The position numbers and the translations under genes were made by a program. This document shows positions 49,031 through 60,461 of a stretch of 64,000 bases of DNA, piece by piece. This stretch comes from an uncultured Chloroflexia bacterium (GTDB lineage: Bacteria; Chloroflexota; Limnocylindria; Limnocylindrales; CSP1-4), in contig CAVWFY010000013.1 in NCBI GenBank assembly GCA_963754485.1, forward strand, positions 162,183 to 226,182. Direction: 5' to 3'. The notes beneath the pieces are model-generated. The model searched no databases. It was not told the origin of the DNA and was given only the letters and a program-made list of their open reading frames with translations. Within the stretch, counting starts at the first letter, position 1, and every line of letters starts with the position of its first letter.

Positions 49031-49977
49031 CCCTCGACGGCGATCGCGAGCGCCTGGCTCATCGCGCCCACCTGCGAGGGGCTCACGCGACAGCAGCCGC
49101 CGATGAGCTTGGCCCCGGCAGATCGCCAGCGGACGGCCGCCTCGCCGTCCACGCGCCCGGCCGCCGCCCCCGTCCAGCGCCGCGCGACGGCATCCCAGCC
49201 CTCGCCGCTGTTGGGGTAGACCGCGATGGGCAGCGACGAGACCGACCGGATGCGCTCGAGTAGCTCGGCGACGTGCTCCGGAGCGGTGCAGTTGACGCCG
49301 GTCGCCACCACGCCCGGGGCGTCGCTGATCGCAAGGACCGCCTCTTCGATGGGCGCGCCGCCGCGCAGGTGCCCGCCATCGGCGCAGGAGAAGCTGATCC
49401 AGGCCGCGGTGCCGGGCAGCTCGCCCAGGAGCGCGGCCACGGCCTGGGCCTCCTCGACCTCCGGGATGGTCTCGACCGCGAGGACGTCCGCGCCGGTCCC
49501 CGCAAGGACTCGGAACCGCTCCCGGTGGAAGTCGGCCAGCTGCGCCTCGGTCCGACCGTACCCACCGCGGTACTCCGACCCGTCGGCAAGCATGGCGCCG
49601 TACGGCCCGATGGACGCGGCCACGAACAGCGGCCCCACGACCCCCTCATCGAGCGCCTGTGCCCGCGCCCGCTCTGCCAGCTCCACGGAGCGCCGGAGGA
49701 GGTCCACGGCAGCATCGTGGTCCAGCCCGCGGGCAGCGAAGCCCTCGAAGGTGGCCTGGTACGAGGCCGTCGTGGCCACCTGGGCGCCGGCCCGGAAGAA
49801 GGCCAGGTGCGCGGAGACGATCTCGTCCGGCTGCTCGACCAGGAGTCGGGCGGACCACAGGCGGTCGGACAGGTCGGCGCCCTGCGCCTCGAGCTGGGTG
49901 GCAAGCCCGCCGTCGAGGACGAGGGCGTGGCCGTCCCGCAGCGCCTCGCGGAAGTGATGGGAATCCATGCGCCGCAT
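49027..49977 (-). CDS. mmuM: Homocysteine S-methyltransferase (MmuM-like)
   Basis: LVLDGGLATQLE..ATTASYQA..VAASIGPYGA..NCT..GGCCRVSP (zinc-ligand Cys pattern). Confidence 0.85.
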   Translation of the reverse strand: MRRMDSHHFREALRDGHALVLDGGLATQLEAQGADLSDRLWSARLLVEQPDEIVSAHLAFFRAGAQVATTASYQATFEGFAARGLDHDAAVDLLRRSVELAERARAQALDEGVVGPLFVAASIGPYGAMLADGSEYRGGYGRTEAQLADFHRERFRVLAGTGADVLAVETIPEVEEAQAVAALLGELPGTAAWISFSCADGGHLRGGAPIEEAVLAISDAPGVVATGVNCTAPEHVAELLERIRSVSSLPIAVYPNSGEGWDAVARRWTGAAAGRVDGEAAVRWRSAGAKLIGGCCRVSPSQVGAMSQALAIAVEG

Positions 49978-50064
49978 GGTGCCACGACCGGCATGGAGCG
50001 GGTCGGCCGGATACCCTCCGGTGGCCAGCAGGCGGAATGGAGGTTCACCGTGCGCTACCGGCGG

Positions 50065-51174
50065 ATGCCGATCGAGGAGGAGTCGCCTGAGCAGCTGGGC
50101 TACGGGCGGATCCGGCGGAACCTGGCGGAGAGCTCCGTCTCGGACGCGGCGCTCGCGGACGTGGGCCCCGGCCTGGGCGTGGACCTGGGCGGTCTCGTCC
50201 TCCAGTACGGCGATCACCTGGGCCTGCCGGAGCTGCGCGAGGCGATCGCCGCGGACGCCCCGGGCGCGGTGGCCGACGACGTCATCGTCACTCCCGGTGC
50301 GGTCGCGGCCCTGTTCATCATCCACACCTCGCTCCTGGAGCCCGGCGACCACATCGTCGTCGCGCGGCCCAACTACGCGACCAACGTGGAGACGCCGCGG
50401 GCCATCGGGGCGGACGTGACCTACCTGGACCTCTCGTTCGATGACGGCTGGGCCGTGGACCCGGGGCAGATCGCCGCGCTGATGACGCCCCGCACGAAGC
50501 TGGTCAGCCTCACCACGCCGCACAACCCCACCGGCACGACGATGGACGGGCAGACGCTCCGCGAGGTCATCGCCCTCGTGGAGGCCCGCGGCGCCCGCCT
50601 GCTCCTCGACGAGACCTACCGCGAGATGACCTTCGGCGAGCCGCTCCCCGTGGCGGCCTCGCTGAGCCCGTCCGTGATCTCGGTCAGCAGCCTGTCAAAG
50701 ACGTACGGGCTGCCCGGGATCCGGATCGGCTGGCTGGTGACCCGCGACCGGGCCCTGGGCAACCGGTTCCTCGCGGCCAAGGAGCAGATCCTCATCAGCG
50801 GGTCGCTCGTGGACGAGACGATCGCCCTCCACGCGCTCCGCCGGCGGCCGGCCTGGCTGCCCCAGATCCGCGCCCGGATCGAAGAGGCGTTCTCGATGAC
50901 GGCGCGCTGGCTGGACGGCCACGAGCGGCTCGAGTGGGTCCCGCCGCGCGGTGGGGTCGTGGGCTTCCCGCGCATCCGCCCGGGCGTGCCCGTGGATCCC
51001 GACGCCTTCTACCGGGTCCTGTTCGAGGAGCACGGCACGATCCTTGGGCCTGGACACTGGTTCGAGCAGCCGCGCTCGTACTTCCGCCTCGGCTACGGCT
51101 GGCCTACGCTGACCGAGCTGCGCGACGGGCTGGACGCGATCGACGCAGCGCTGGGTTCAACCGCGACGGGCTGA
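50065..51174 (+). CDS. PLP-dependent aminotransferase, class I/II
   Basis: NPHNPTG..SSLSKTYGLPGIRIGW (PLP-Lys)..FRLGYG. Confidence 0.8.
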   Translation: MPIEEESPEQLGYGRIRRNLAESSVSDAALADVGPGLGVDLGGLVLQYGDHLGLPELREAIAADAPGAVADDVIVTPGAVAALFIIHTSLLEPGDHIVVARPNYATNVETPRAIGADVTYLDLSFDDGWAVDPGQIAALMTPRTKLVSLTTPHNPTGTTMDGQTLREVIALVEARGARLLLDETYREMTFGEPLPVAASLSPSVISVSSLSKTYGLPGIRIGWLVTRDRALGNRFLAAKEQILISGSLVDETIALHALRRRPAWLPQIRARIEEAFSMTARWLDGHERLEWVPPRGGVVGFPRIRPGVPVDPDAFYRVLFEEHGTILGPGHWFEQPRSYFRLGYGWPTLTELRDGLDAIDAALGSTATG

Positions 51175-51280
51175 GCGGCTGGAGGAGGCGTCGCACTACC
51201 CCCACGGCGGAGGCGGCGGGGGATGCTGCAGCGGGGGACGCTGACGAGGGGCAGCCGGGCCGGAGCGTTACGCAGCCGGT

Positions 51281-52357
51281 TCAGCTGAACAGGGAGGCGT
51301 ACGCGTTGATCGCGGGCTGCCCGCCGAGGTGGGCGTAGAGCACGTTCGAGTCGCTGGCGATCTCGCCGCGGGCGACCAGGTCGATCATCCCCGCCATCGA
51401 CTTCCCCTCGTAGACGGGGTCCGTGATCATGCCCTCGAGGCGGGCGGCAAGCCGCATGGCCTCCAGCGTTGCCGCGTCGGGGAGGCCGTACACACCCGCG
51501 TGGTAGCGATCGTCGAGGACGATCTCGTCCTCGCGGATGTCCCGACCCAGGCCGATGGCGGCGGCCGTGCGCCGGGCGATCCGGGCCACCTGGTCACGGG
51601 TCTCCGCCGGGGTTGCGGACCCGTCGATGCCGATGACACGTCGCGGGCGGCCACCGGCATCCTCGAGGACCGCGAAGCCGGCGATCATCCCGGCCTGCGT
51701 GGAGCCGGTCACGGAGCAGACGATGATGGTGTCGAAGAAGACGCCCAGCTCGCGCTCCTGCTCGGCCACCTCGAACGCCCATCCCGCAAACCCGTGCCCG
51801 CCGAGGGGATGATCCGATGCGCCGGCTGGGATCGCATAAGGCCTGCCACCCCGTGCCTCGACGTCCGCGAGTGCCTGCTCCCAGCTCTTCTTGAAGCCGA
51901 TGCCGAAGCCTGCCGGGTGCAGGCGGACATCGGCCCCCATGAGCCGCGACATGAGGATGTTGCCGACCCGGTCGTAGGTGACGTCCGGCCAGTCCACCCA
52001 GTGCTCCTGGACCAGGACGCACCCGAGGCCGGCGTGCGCGGCGACGGCCGCAACCTGCCGCGTGTGGTTGGACTGCACGCCGCCGATCGAGACCAACGTG
52101 TCGCAGCCCTGGGCGAGCGCGTCCGCCAGCAGGTACTCCAGCTTGCGGACCTTGTTACCGCCGAACGCCAGGCCCGAGTTGCAGTCCTCGCGCTTGGCCC
52201 AGACGGTGGCGCCACCGAGGTGCCTGGTCAGGCGGTCCAGGCGCTGGATGGGCGACGGACCGAAGAGGAGCGGCTCGCGAGGGAAGTCGGCGAGGGTGGG
52301 CACGGCGGGGCTCCGGTGGGTTGAAGGCGGCTGGGCTTGGCTCGCAAAGGATCGCAT
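51281..52357 (-). CDS. acdS: 1-aminocyclopropane-1-carboxylate deaminase / D-cysteine desulfhydrase family (AcdS-like)
   Basis: [75 protein letters not shown] closely tracks AcdS. Alternative start at GTG 52303. Confidence 0.8.
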   Translation of the reverse strand: MRSFASQAQPPSTHRSPAVPTLADFPREPLLFGPSPIQRLDRLTRHLGGATVWAKREDCNSGLAFGGNKVRKLEYLLADALAQGCDTLVSIGGVQSNHTRQVAAVAAHAGLGCVLVQEHWVDWPDVTYDRVGNILMSRLMGADVRLHPAGFGIGFKKSWEQALADVEARGGRPYAIPAGASDHPLGGHGFAGWAFEVAEQERELGVFFDTIIVCSVTGSTQAGMIAGFAVLEDAGGRPRRVIGIDGSATPAETRDQVARIARRTAAAIGLGRDIREDEIVLDDRYHAGVYGLPDAATLEAMRLAARLEGMITDPVYEGKSMAGMIDLVARGEIASDSNVLYAHLGGQPAINAYASLFS

Positions 52358-52480
52358 GCACTTCCTGGCGCCTGCCAGGCGACAGCTTCCGGCCCGCAGG
52401 GCGCTGCGGGCCCGATCGGTCGCCGCGTGTCGCCGGACAGTCGACGACTCTCGGCCAGGCGAGCGAGGTCGACGCGCGGC

Positions 52481-53086
52481 CTACTTGGACGTGACCATCA
52501 CGTCGGTAGCCGTGATCGACACCGAGCCGGGGCCGGGGCTCACGTCCGGAGCCGCGCTCGCGTCCGGGCGGCGCATCCCGCCGAACCCGGTCACCGACAC
52601 GGACACGTCCGTCCCGGGAGTGACGTCCGCCGAGGTGGCGGGCGACTGCGCGTGATATGTGGACCCGGACACGTCGATCGTGGTCTCGATTCCATCGGAC
52701 CCGGTGATCACCAGCGTCGACCCGTCCAGGCTCTTGACCGTGCCAGTGACGGTCAGCGTCCGGCCACCGAGGCCACCAAACCCACCGGGGCCCGCGCCGG
52801 CCGGCAGCGTTCCGGGATCGAAGCTCCCGCCCGGCCCCAGGCCGGCCCGGCCGGCCCCGCTCGGAAAGGCACTCGCCGCGGAGGCCGGGGCGGTCGCCCG
52901 CCCGATGGCGAAGGTGATGCCGCCGACGGCAACGAGCGCCGCGACCACGAGCAGCGCGTTGGTGAGGCCACCGCTCTTCCCCTTCGGCTTGACGACAGGC
53001 GTGGGCGTGACCGGAGGGACGGGCGTGACAGGCGCCGGCTCCGCGGTGCCCTCCGGCTGGGCCCAGGTCGTGTTCGGATCGGTCAT
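52481..53086 (-). CDS. Membrane-anchored hypothetical protein (Pro/Gly-rich linker + beta-rich ectodomain)
   Basis: ATG 53086. TM helix [19 protein letters not shown]. It sits directly downstream of the MacAB-like set. Confidence 0.5.
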   Translation of the reverse strand: MTDPNTTWAQPEGTAEPAPVTPVPPVTPTPVVKPKGKSGGLTNALLVVAALVAVGGITFAIGRATAPASAASAFPSGAGRAGLGPGGSFDPGTLPAGAGPGGFGGLGGRTLTVTGTVKSLDGSTLVITGSDGIETTIDVSGSTYHAQSPATSADVTPGTDVSVSVTGFGGMRRPDASAAPDVSPGPGSVSITATDVMVTSK

Positions 53087-53099
53087 CGAAGGAATCTCC

Positions 53100-54317
53100 C
53101 TACTCGAAGCGCAGTGCGGCGATGGGGTTGAGGCGAGCCGCCTGCCGCGCGGGCCACACGCCGAACACGACGCCGACAACCAGGCTGAACACGGTCGCGA
53201 CGACGATGGTGATCGGGTTGAAGGTGAAGTCCCAGCCGGCGATCGCGGCGATGACGGCAGAGGCGATCAGGCCCACCAGGACGCCGATCAGGCCGCCCAG
53301 CAGCGACAGGACAAGGGCCTCGACGAGGAACTGCAGGAGGATGTCCCGGTTGCGCGCCCCGATCGCCTTGCGGATGCCGATCTCGCGGGTCCGCTCCCGG
53401 ACCGAGACCAGCATGATGTTCATGATCCCGATCCCACCCACGATGAGCGAGATGGAGGCGACGCCCGCGAGCAGCACCGTCAGCAGCGTGTACACGGAGG
53501 TCGCCGTCGACAGCAGCTGGGTCTGGTCTCCGACGCTGAAGTCATTGGACTCATCGGCGCCGATCTCGTGCCGGTCCTGGAGCAGTGTCGTGATCTCGCT
53601 CTTGACGGTGCTCATCTGGTCCGCTTCGGCCACCGACACGCCGATGGAGCGGACGCCCGACGACGACGAGCCCGTGAAGTAGCGCTTGAGCGTGCTGACC
53701 GGAATGAGCACCTGGTCATCCGCGCTGGTGCTCGTCGTGGTGCCCTTGGCCTGGAGAATGCCCACGACCTCGAACGGAATCCCGCCGATCGTGATCTCGG
53801 AGCCGACCGCATCCGCGCCCAGCTCCAGGTCGTCGGCCGTGGTGGAGGCCAGCACCGCGACGCGCAACCCCTGCTCCACGGCGGTGTCGGTGAGGAAGCT
53901 GCCCTGCCACAGCTCGTAGGCGCGGACGGTCGGGTAGTCCTCCGTCGTGCCCAGGATCGTGGTGGTCGTGTTGAGGTCGCCCGCGACGACGAACTGCGAC
54001 GTCGAGAGCTCCGGCGAGATCGCGGCCACGCCCGCGACGGCGGAAACGGCTTCCGCATCCTCGAGCGTGAGGGTCGTCGCGGAACCGGCGGCCCCGCGTG
54101 CACCGCCGGAGAACGTCGCCCCGGCGTTGATGGTCAGGAGGTTCGTCCCGAGGCTGGTGATCCGGTCGGTGATGCCCGACGAGGCGCCCTGGCCCACGGC
54201 CACGAGAGCGACGACGGACGCCACGCCGATGATGATCCCAAGCATCGTGAGCGCGGAACGGACGCGGCTGGTGCCGAGGCGCGAGAGTGCCAGTCGGACG
54301 AGCTCGATGACGCTCAC
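53100..54317 (-). CDS. ABC transporter permease, FtsX/MacB type
   Basis: N-terminal TM helix, large ectodomain and C-terminal FtsX 3-TM bundle ([15 protein letters not shown]). Confidence 0.85.
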   Translation of the reverse strand: MSVIELVRLALSRLGTSRVRSALTMLGIIIGVASVVALVAVGQGASSGITDRITSLGTNLLTINAGATFSGGARGAAGSATTLTLEDAEAVSAVAGVAAISPELSTSQFVVAGDLNTTTTILGTTEDYPTVRAYELWQGSFLTDTAVEQGLRVAVLASTTADDLELGADAVGSEITIGGIPFEVVGILQAKGTTTSTSADDQVLIPVSTLKRYFTGSSSSGVRSIGVSVAEADQMSTVKSEITTLLQDRHEIGADESNDFSVGDQTQLLSTATSVYTLLTVLLAGVASISLIVGGIGIMNIMLVSVRERTREIGIRKAIGARNRDILLQFLVEALVLSLLGGLIGVLVGLIASAVIAAIAGWDFTFNPITIVVATVFSLVVGVVFGVWPARQAARLNPIAALRFE

Positions 54318-54988
54318 GCCGCGATCCTTCCGTCCCGCACGTGCACCTGGCGTGTCGCCCGGACCGCGACGTCGGAGTCGTGGGTGATCAGCACGATCGT
54401 GGCACCCGCGTCGTTGAGATCGTGGAAGAGCTGGAGCACCTCCTCGCCCGTATGCGAGTCCAGGTTGCCCGTGGGCTCGTCGGCGAGGATCAGGCGCGGG
54501 TTCGTCACGAGCGCCCGGGCGATCGCCACTCGCTGCTGCTGCCCGCCCGAGAGCTCGGACGGCTCGTGGTCCAGGCGGTCGCCCATCCCCAGCCGCTCCA
54601 GGGCCGCCTGCGCGCGGGCGAGGCGCTCCTTCTTGGGCACGCCCTGGTAGAGCAGCGGCGTCGCCACGTTCTCCAGGGCGCTGGTCCGCGGCAGGAGGTT
54701 GTAGTTCTGGAAGACGAATCCGATCATCCTGCTCCGGATCGCCGCCAGCCCGTCATCGTCGAGCTCCTCGACGGGAACGCCGTCGAGGATGTACTGCCCG
54801 GACGTGGGCCGGTCCAGGCAGCCCAGGATGTTCATGAGGGTGGACTTGCCGGACCCGGACGGGCCGATGACGGCGACGAACTCACCCTCGGCGACCTGCA
54901 GGCTGGCGCCCTCGAGGGCATGGACCTGCACGCGCCCGAGGTCGTACGTCCGGGTGGCCTCGGTGAGGTCGATGATCATCCCGCTCAT
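54314..54988 (-). CDS. ABC transporter ATP-binding protein (MacB/LolD type)
   Basis: Walker [10 protein letters not shown]. Signature LSGGQQQRV. Walker B LILADEPT. Confidence 0.9.
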   Translation of the reverse strand: MSGMIIDLTEATRTYDLGRVQVHALEGASLQVAEGEFVAVIGPSGSGKSTLMNILGCLDRPTSGQYILDGVPVEELDDDGLAAIRSRMIGFVFQNYNLLPRTSALENVATPLLYQGVPKKERLARAQAALERLGMGDRLDHEPSELSGGQQQRVAIARALVTNPRLILADEPTGNLDSHTGEEVLQLFHDLNDAGATIVLITHDSDVAVRATRQVHVRDGRIAA

Positions 54989-56616
54989 GGCTGCCCCGGG
55001 AAGCCGCCGGCCGGCGGCTGGAACCCGCCGCCGCCATCGAAGCCCCGGAACTCGCGACCGGTCGTGGTGGAGCCCGATGTGGAGGTCCGGTCCGCCGAGC
55101 TGCCCGTCACGACGGCCTCGCCCTCGGCGAGGCCGCCGGTGATCTGCGCATAGTCAGAGGCGATGAGACCCACGTCGACGGTTCGCGCCTCGACGCTGCC
55201 GTCGCCATTGAGCACCCGGACCGTGTAGCTTCCGGCCGTCCCCGACAGGGCGATGGCGGGCACCGCGAGGGCGTCGTCTGCCTCCGCGATGACGATCGTG
55301 ATCTCGGCGGACATGCCGGGCAGCGGCGTGGCGCTCGTCGGGGTCGGCGAGGACGCGGCGGACGTCACTGCCGGAGCATCCGATCCGGTCGCCGCGGTCG
55401 TGCCCGTCGACTCGTCGAGGGTCACCACCACGGTGTAGCTGACAACGGTCGAGCTGCCCGAGGTGGACGCCACGGGGCTCACGGACGTGACCGTTCCAAC
55501 CGCCGTGTCCCCGGTGGCGCTGATCGCGACGGTGGCCTTCTGGCCCACGGCCAGGTCGAGGATGTCGTCCTCGGTCACGCTGACGGCGAGCGCCATGCGG
55601 GTGGACTGGAGCTGGATCGCCGTCCCCGTGCTCTCCTGGCCAACGACGGCATCCACGACGGTGATGCGGCCGTCGATGGGGGCGGCGATCGTGGCCATCG
55701 CCAGTGCGGTCTCCGCGTCTGCGAGCGCCTGCTCGGCCTCGGCGATCGCGACGTCGTCGGCGATGATGGTCGCGTCGTCGGCGGAGGTGGTCGCGGTCTT
55801 GTAGTTGCGGTTCGCGCTCGCCAGCGACTGCTTCGCACTGGTGATCTGGTTGGCGGCCTGGCGGTTGCCCGCCGCCGCCTGGAGCTTCGTCGAGGCCAGG
55901 TTCTGCTCGGCCGCAGTGATGGCCTTCTTGTCCTGGTCCAGCGTCTGGGTTGGGGCGCCCGCTGCCTTGTCGGCCTTGTACTGCGCCGTTGCCGCTGTGA
56001 CGGCCTGCCTCGCCTGCCTGAGCTTCAGATTGTTCTGCGCCACAGTGCTGGAATACGACGACCGGGCATTCGACAGCTGGGTCTTCGCCGAGGTCACCTG
56101 GTCCTTGGCCTGCGACCGCGACGTCGCGGTGCCACCGGCGGTATCGGTCTTCTTCTGCGCCTTCGCGGCGGCGAGACTGGCCTCCGCCTGGCGAACGGCC
56201 AGCTCGGCACTCGTGTCGTCGGCGATGGCGAGGACAGCACCGGCCTTCACCAGGTCGCCGACCGAGACGTTCACCGCCGTCACGGGCCAGGTCACCGTCA
56301 CGGTGGCGCCACCGGTCCCGGTCGCCGAGGAGTCCGTGCTCCCTGTGGCCGCGTTGGCGGCCGACGACGTCGACGAGGAGGTCGCGGACGTGCCGTCGGT
56401 CGCTGTCGGGGTCTCGCCGAAGGCCAGGTCGTAGACCGTGGCGGCGGCGAGGCTCCCGCTTGCGGCGGCGGTCTGCTGGACGTTGGTCAGGGCGGCCTGC
56501 GCGGTGCGGTAGGTGACCGCCTCACCCTGGCTGCCGCCGACCCCGAGGATGGTGATCGCGACGGCGCCTGCGCCGACGGCGATCAGCCCGACGGCCGCGA
56601 TGGCCTTGACATTCAT
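54985..56616 (-). CDS. Efflux periplasmic-adaptor (HlyD/MacA-like membrane fusion) protein
   Basis: N-terminal TM helix, long Ala/Gln-rich coiled-coil and beta-barrel regions. Coupled to the ABC ATPase. Confidence 0.7.
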   Translation of the reverse strand: MNVKAIAAVGLIAVGAGAVAITILGVGGSQGEAVTYRTAQAALTNVQQTAAASGSLAAATVYDLAFGETPTATDGTSATSSSTSSAANAATGSTDSSATGTGGATVTVTWPVTAVNVSVGDLVKAGAVLAIADDTSAELAVRQAEASLAAAKAQKKTDTAGGTATSRSQAKDQVTSAKTQLSNARSSYSSTVAQNNLKLRQARQAVTAATAQYKADKAAGAPTQTLDQDKKAITAAEQNLASTKLQAAAGNRQAANQITSAKQSLASANRNYKTATTSADDATIIADDVAIAEAEQALADAETALAMATIAAPIDGRITVVDAVVGQESTGTAIQLQSTRMALAVSVTEDDILDLAVGQKATVAISATGDTAVGTVTSVSPVASTSGSSTVVSYTVVVTLDESTGTTAATGSDAPAVTSAASSPTPTSATPLPGMSAEITIVIAEADDALAVPAIALSGTAGSYTVRVLNGDGSVEARTVDVGLIASDYAQITGGLAEGEAVVTGSSADRTSTSGSTTTGREFRGFDGGGGFQPPAGGFPGQP

Positions 56617-56802
56617 GGGTGCGCTCTCCGGGCTGGCTCGGGGCTCGCCTCCCGGGGATTGGAGATCAAGCCGGAGCATCTGACGCTGCTATCGGTCAGA
56701 TGGTGCGCGGCGAACCTTTCAGTTTCGTGAGAACGTGAGAGCGCGCGTTGGCGAACCGCGGGCGTCGGCCGTGGACCGTCCGGCGTCCGCCGAAACACCC
56801 TT

Positions 56803-57847
56803 CTAGGGGCGCTGATCGGTGCTCGGCTTCTCCCAGAGGTGCACGCCGCCCTCCTCCGCGTGCCGGTCGATCTCTGCCAGCTCGTCGGGCGTGAACTCCA
56901 GCTTGGCGATGAGGCCCAGGTTCTCGCGGACCTGCGCGGGCGAGCTGGCCCCGATCAGGGTCGTCGTGACCCGGGGATCGCGGAGGACCCAGGCGTAGGC
57001 CATCTGGGCGAGGCTCTGGCCGCGGCCCCTTGGCGATCTCGTTGAGCGCGCGGACGCGGGCGAGGTTGTCCTCGGATAGCGACTCGCGGGGGAACGAGTC
57101 GCCGCCGGGCCGGTTGACGCGGGCGTTGACCGGGATGCCGTCGAGGTACTTGTCGGTCAGCAGCCCCTGGGCGAGCGCGGTGAACGCGATCATCCCGGCG
57201 CCCACGTCCTCGAGGGTGTCGAGCAGTTCGGGCTCCACCCAGCGGTTGAACAGGTTGTAGGCGGGCTGGTGGATGAGCAGGGGCACGCCCTCGGCGGCGA
57301 GCAGGGCGGCGGCCTCGCGGGTCTTGGCGGCCGAGTAGGAGCTGATGCCCACGTACAAGGCCTTGCCCGCCCGCACGGCGTGCGCGAGGGCGCCCATCGT
57401 CTCGGCGAGCGGCGTGTCGGCGTCGAACCGGTGGGAGTAGAAGATGTCGACGTAGTCGACGCCGATCCGGGCCAGGCTCTGGTCGAGGCTCGCGAGCATG
57501 TACTTGCGCGAGCCGCCGCCCTGGCCGTAGGGACCCGGCCACATGTCCCAGCCCGCCTTGCTGCTGATGATCAGCTCGTCGCGGTGAGCTGCGAGGTCCT
57601 CGCGCAGGATTCGCCCGAAGTTGATCTCCGCGCTGCCGTAGGGCGGGCCGTAGTTGTTGGCGAGGTCCATGTGGGTGATGCCCGCGTCGAACGCGGTGCG
57701 TACGATGGCCTTCTGGGTGTCCATCGGGGTCGAGTCGCCGAAGTTGTGCCACAGCCCGAGCGAGAGGACCGGCAGCTGCAGGCCGCTCCGGCCGCAGGTG
57801 CGGTACACCATCGAGTCGTAGCGGTCAGTCGCTGGCTGGTAGGTCAC
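56803..57847 (-). pseudogene. Aldo/keto reductase (YghZ/AKR14-like), one frame shift near 57020
   Basis: YRTCGRSGLQLPVLSLGLWHNFG..DLANNYG..YVDIFYSHR continues in a second frame as AYAWVLRDPRVTTTLIGASSPAQVRENL. Confidence 0.8.
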
Positions 57848-58010
57848 GGTGTCTCCACGGGTGCGGACGAAGGGTCGGACGGGGAACCTGTGCCCGGACA
57901 ACGGTAGCGAACCTGTGCCGGCGGCGGATAATGCCTGCGCTGGCCGGCCTTCGTCGCCGAGAAGCGCACGTCGCCGAGACACGGTGGCCCCAGCGAGCGA
58001 GGAGCAGTCG

Positions 58011-59141
58011 ATGGCCCGGGTGAAGCGAGTCGGGATCCTGACGGCGGGCGGCGACAGCCCCGGCCTCAACGCAGCCATCCGCGGGTTTGGCAAGGCGGCC
58101 ATCGGGCATCACGGGATGCGCCTCGTGGGCTTCCGCGACGGCTTCCGCGGCCTTGCCGAGGACCGCACCGTGCGGCTGGACGCCCGGGCCCTGTCCGGGA
58201 TCCTCACCGTGGGCGGCACGATCCTGGGGACCAGCCGCGACAAGCCCCACCGCATGCCGATGGATGGCGTGGTCATGGACATGACCGAGCAGATCGTCAA
58301 GACCTATCAGCGGCATCAGCTGGACGCCCTCGTGTGCATCGGCGGCAACGGGACCGCCAAGAACAGTCTCCGGCTGGTCAAGGCCGGGCTCAACATCGTG
58401 ATGCTGCCCAAGACCATCGACAACGACGTGGTGGAGACCGACGCGACCATCGGATTCTCGACCTCGCTGACCATCGCCACGGAGGCCATCGACCGCCTCC
58501 ACAGCACGGCTCACAGCCACCACCGGATCATCCTTGCCGAGGTCATGGGCCACCGGGCCGGCTGGCTGACGCTGGCAGCGGGCATCGCCGGCGGAGCGGA
58601 CGTGATCCTGATCCCCGAGATTCCCTACCGCATCGAGAGCGTGGTCAACGCCATCAAGCGGCGCACCGCATCCGGTACCAACTTCTCGATCATCGCCGTC
58701 GCCGAGGGCGCCCAGGATGTCGAGACCAACCGGCGATACCTGGGCATGGTCGCCCGGCGCAAGGCCGCGACCTCCGGGACCCCCGAGCGTGCCGCCGCAG
58801 ACGCGGAGCTGGCTGCCTTCGACGCCGACCACACCGGGCACTCACTGCGCCTCGCGCGCCAATTGGAGTCGCTCACGGGCCTGGAGTCGCGCGTCTCGAT
58901 CTTGGGCTATGTCCAGCGTGGTGGGACGCCCTCGCCGATCGACCGGGTGCTGGCCGCGCGGCTCGGCAACGCCGGGGCGGATCTCGTGGCCGGGGGCACG
59001 TTCGGAGTGATGGTCGCGAGCGAGGGCGAAGGGACGCGTACGGTGCCCCTGGAGCTCGTCGGCGGGCGGCTCAAGACGGTGCCGCTCGACCACTCGCTGG
59101 TCGCGACCGCGCGCAACGTGGGGACCTGCCTGGGCGACTGA
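58011..59141 (+). CDS. pfkA: 6-phosphofructokinase (ATP- or PPi-dependent)
   Basis: [41 protein letters not shown]. Confidence 0.85.
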   Translation: MARVKRVGILTAGGDSPGLNAAIRGFGKAAIGHHGMRLVGFRDGFRGLAEDRTVRLDARALSGILTVGGTILGTSRDKPHRMPMDGVVMDMTEQIVKTYQRHQLDALVCIGGNGTAKNSLRLVKAGLNIVMLPKTIDNDVVETDATIGFSTSLTIATEAIDRLHSTAHSHHRIILAEVMGHRAGWLTLAAGIAGGADVILIPEIPYRIESVVNAIKRRTASGTNFSIIAVAEGAQDVETNRRYLGMVARRKAATSGTPERAAADAELAAFDADHTGHSLRLARQLESLTGLESRVSILGYVQRGGTPSPIDRVLAARLGNAGADLVAGGTFGVMVASEGEGTRTVPLELVGGRLKTVPLDHSLVATARNVGTCLGD

Positions 59142-59289
59142 GCGCGCGGCTGGGGCCGGCTGGCGGCTCGACATGGCTCCGGCGACTCCGCCACGAGTCA
59201 AGGATGCAGCTTTGCCCTTGAACTCGCCCTCGACGGCACCCCCAGTTTGACCCCGGCGTGAGTCAGGGGCATCCGCGCGCCGCCGGGGC

Positions 59290-59628
59290 TCAGAACGCTC
59301 CGCCGGCCCCGCCGCTCTCGCTCACGGTCCCGTCCCCGACCTCGACCAGCAGCGGCTCGCCACGCTCGGAGCGGAGCCGGTTCGCGTACTCGAGGCTGCC
59401 CTTGGCGCCGCGCTCCACATCAGAGCGGGCCGGGACGACCCGGTTGTTGTAGTCGCGATGGGCGACGGATCCAAGGACGCAGGTGCCGTCCTCGAGCGCC
59501 TTCATGATCGCCCTGGCCAGATCGCTCTGCACCTTCCAGCCCTCGCCGTTGTCGATGAGGTGCTGCAGGAAGGCCACGGGGTAGTTGTCGAGGCCGTCAT
59601 GGACGTTCTCGGGGTCAATCTCGGTCAC
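59290..59628 (-). CDS. Hypothetical protein
   Basis: The codon usage looks like coding sequence. I recognise no family. Confidence 0.4.
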   Translation of the reverse strand: MTEIDPENVHDGLDNYPVAFLQHLIDNGEGWKVQSDLARAIMKALEDGTCVLGSVAHRDYNNRVVPARSDVERGAKGSLEYANRLRSERGEPLLVEVGDGTVSESGGAGGAF

Positions 59629-59705
59629 GGAGAACCTTTCGTCCGGCGGCGGGGATGGAGGAGGGATGCCTCAGTCGGTGATTGTACGGGCCCGGGGGCG
59701 ACGGA

Positions 59706-60245
59706 TCAGGCCTGCGGCGGATGCCCGGCCGACAGGAGCCTCGGGCCGCCCCACTCGTCGCGCAGGATGCTGTGCATGGCGGTGTCGCGCCACGTCCCCC
59801 GGGTGAAGAACGAGCGCCGGATGAGGCCCTCGAACGAGAACCCGACCTTCTCCAGCACGCGTCGCGAGGCCGCGTTGGCGGGGTGGGTCTCCGCCTGGAT
59901 GCGGCCGATGTCCCTGTGCAGGAACAGGTAGTCCACGACCAGCTGCACGGCCTCGGTGCCGTAACCGTGACCGCGCGCTCCGGGCTCCAGCACGTACCCG
60001 ATCCAGCAGCCGCCGCCGCACTTGCCGTGGGCCAGGAATCCAATCGGCGACCCGCCCTTGTCCTGCGCGACGTACCAGCGCTCGTCGGCGTCGGTCTCGA
60101 ACTCCTTCTCCATCTGCGACAGCGACATCTGGTCGAAGTTCTCGAACTCGCCATTCACCGCCTCGTCGCCGTTCCACGCTGCGAGCAGGGGCAGGTCGGC
60201 GCGCTCGGCGCGCCGGATGTCGACGTGCGGTCCGTTCAGCACCAC
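59706..60245 (-). CDS. GNAT-family N-acetyltransferase (RimJ/RimL-like)
   Basis: GYGTEAVQLVVDYLF..ETHPANAASRRVLEKVGFSFEG. GTG 60245. Confidence 0.8.
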   Translation of the reverse strand: MVLNGPHVDIRRAERADLPLLAAWNGDEAVNGEFENFDQMSLSQMEKEFETDADERWYVAQDKGGSPIGFLAHGKCGGGCWIGYVLEPGARGHGYGTEAVQLVVDYLFLHRDIGRIQAETHPANAASRRVLEKVGFSFEGLIRRSFFTRGTWRDTAMHSILRDEWGGPRLLSAGHPPQA

Positions 60246-60461
60246 GAGGCTCCTCGTTCGGGGGGTCCAGCGTGGCGCGGAGGTCCGTCGGCGGGTCGTG
60301 CCGAACGGCCCCGTGGAGCAACCCCGGCCGGCACGCACCGGGCCAGGTGCCGGGTCCCGGAATCCGATCGGGCCAGGGTGGCGCGTCCGGCAACCCGATC
60401 AAGCCCGCGCTGGGTCACGCGCGCCATCCAGGCACGAGGGTCGCGGGACTACGATCCCGTC

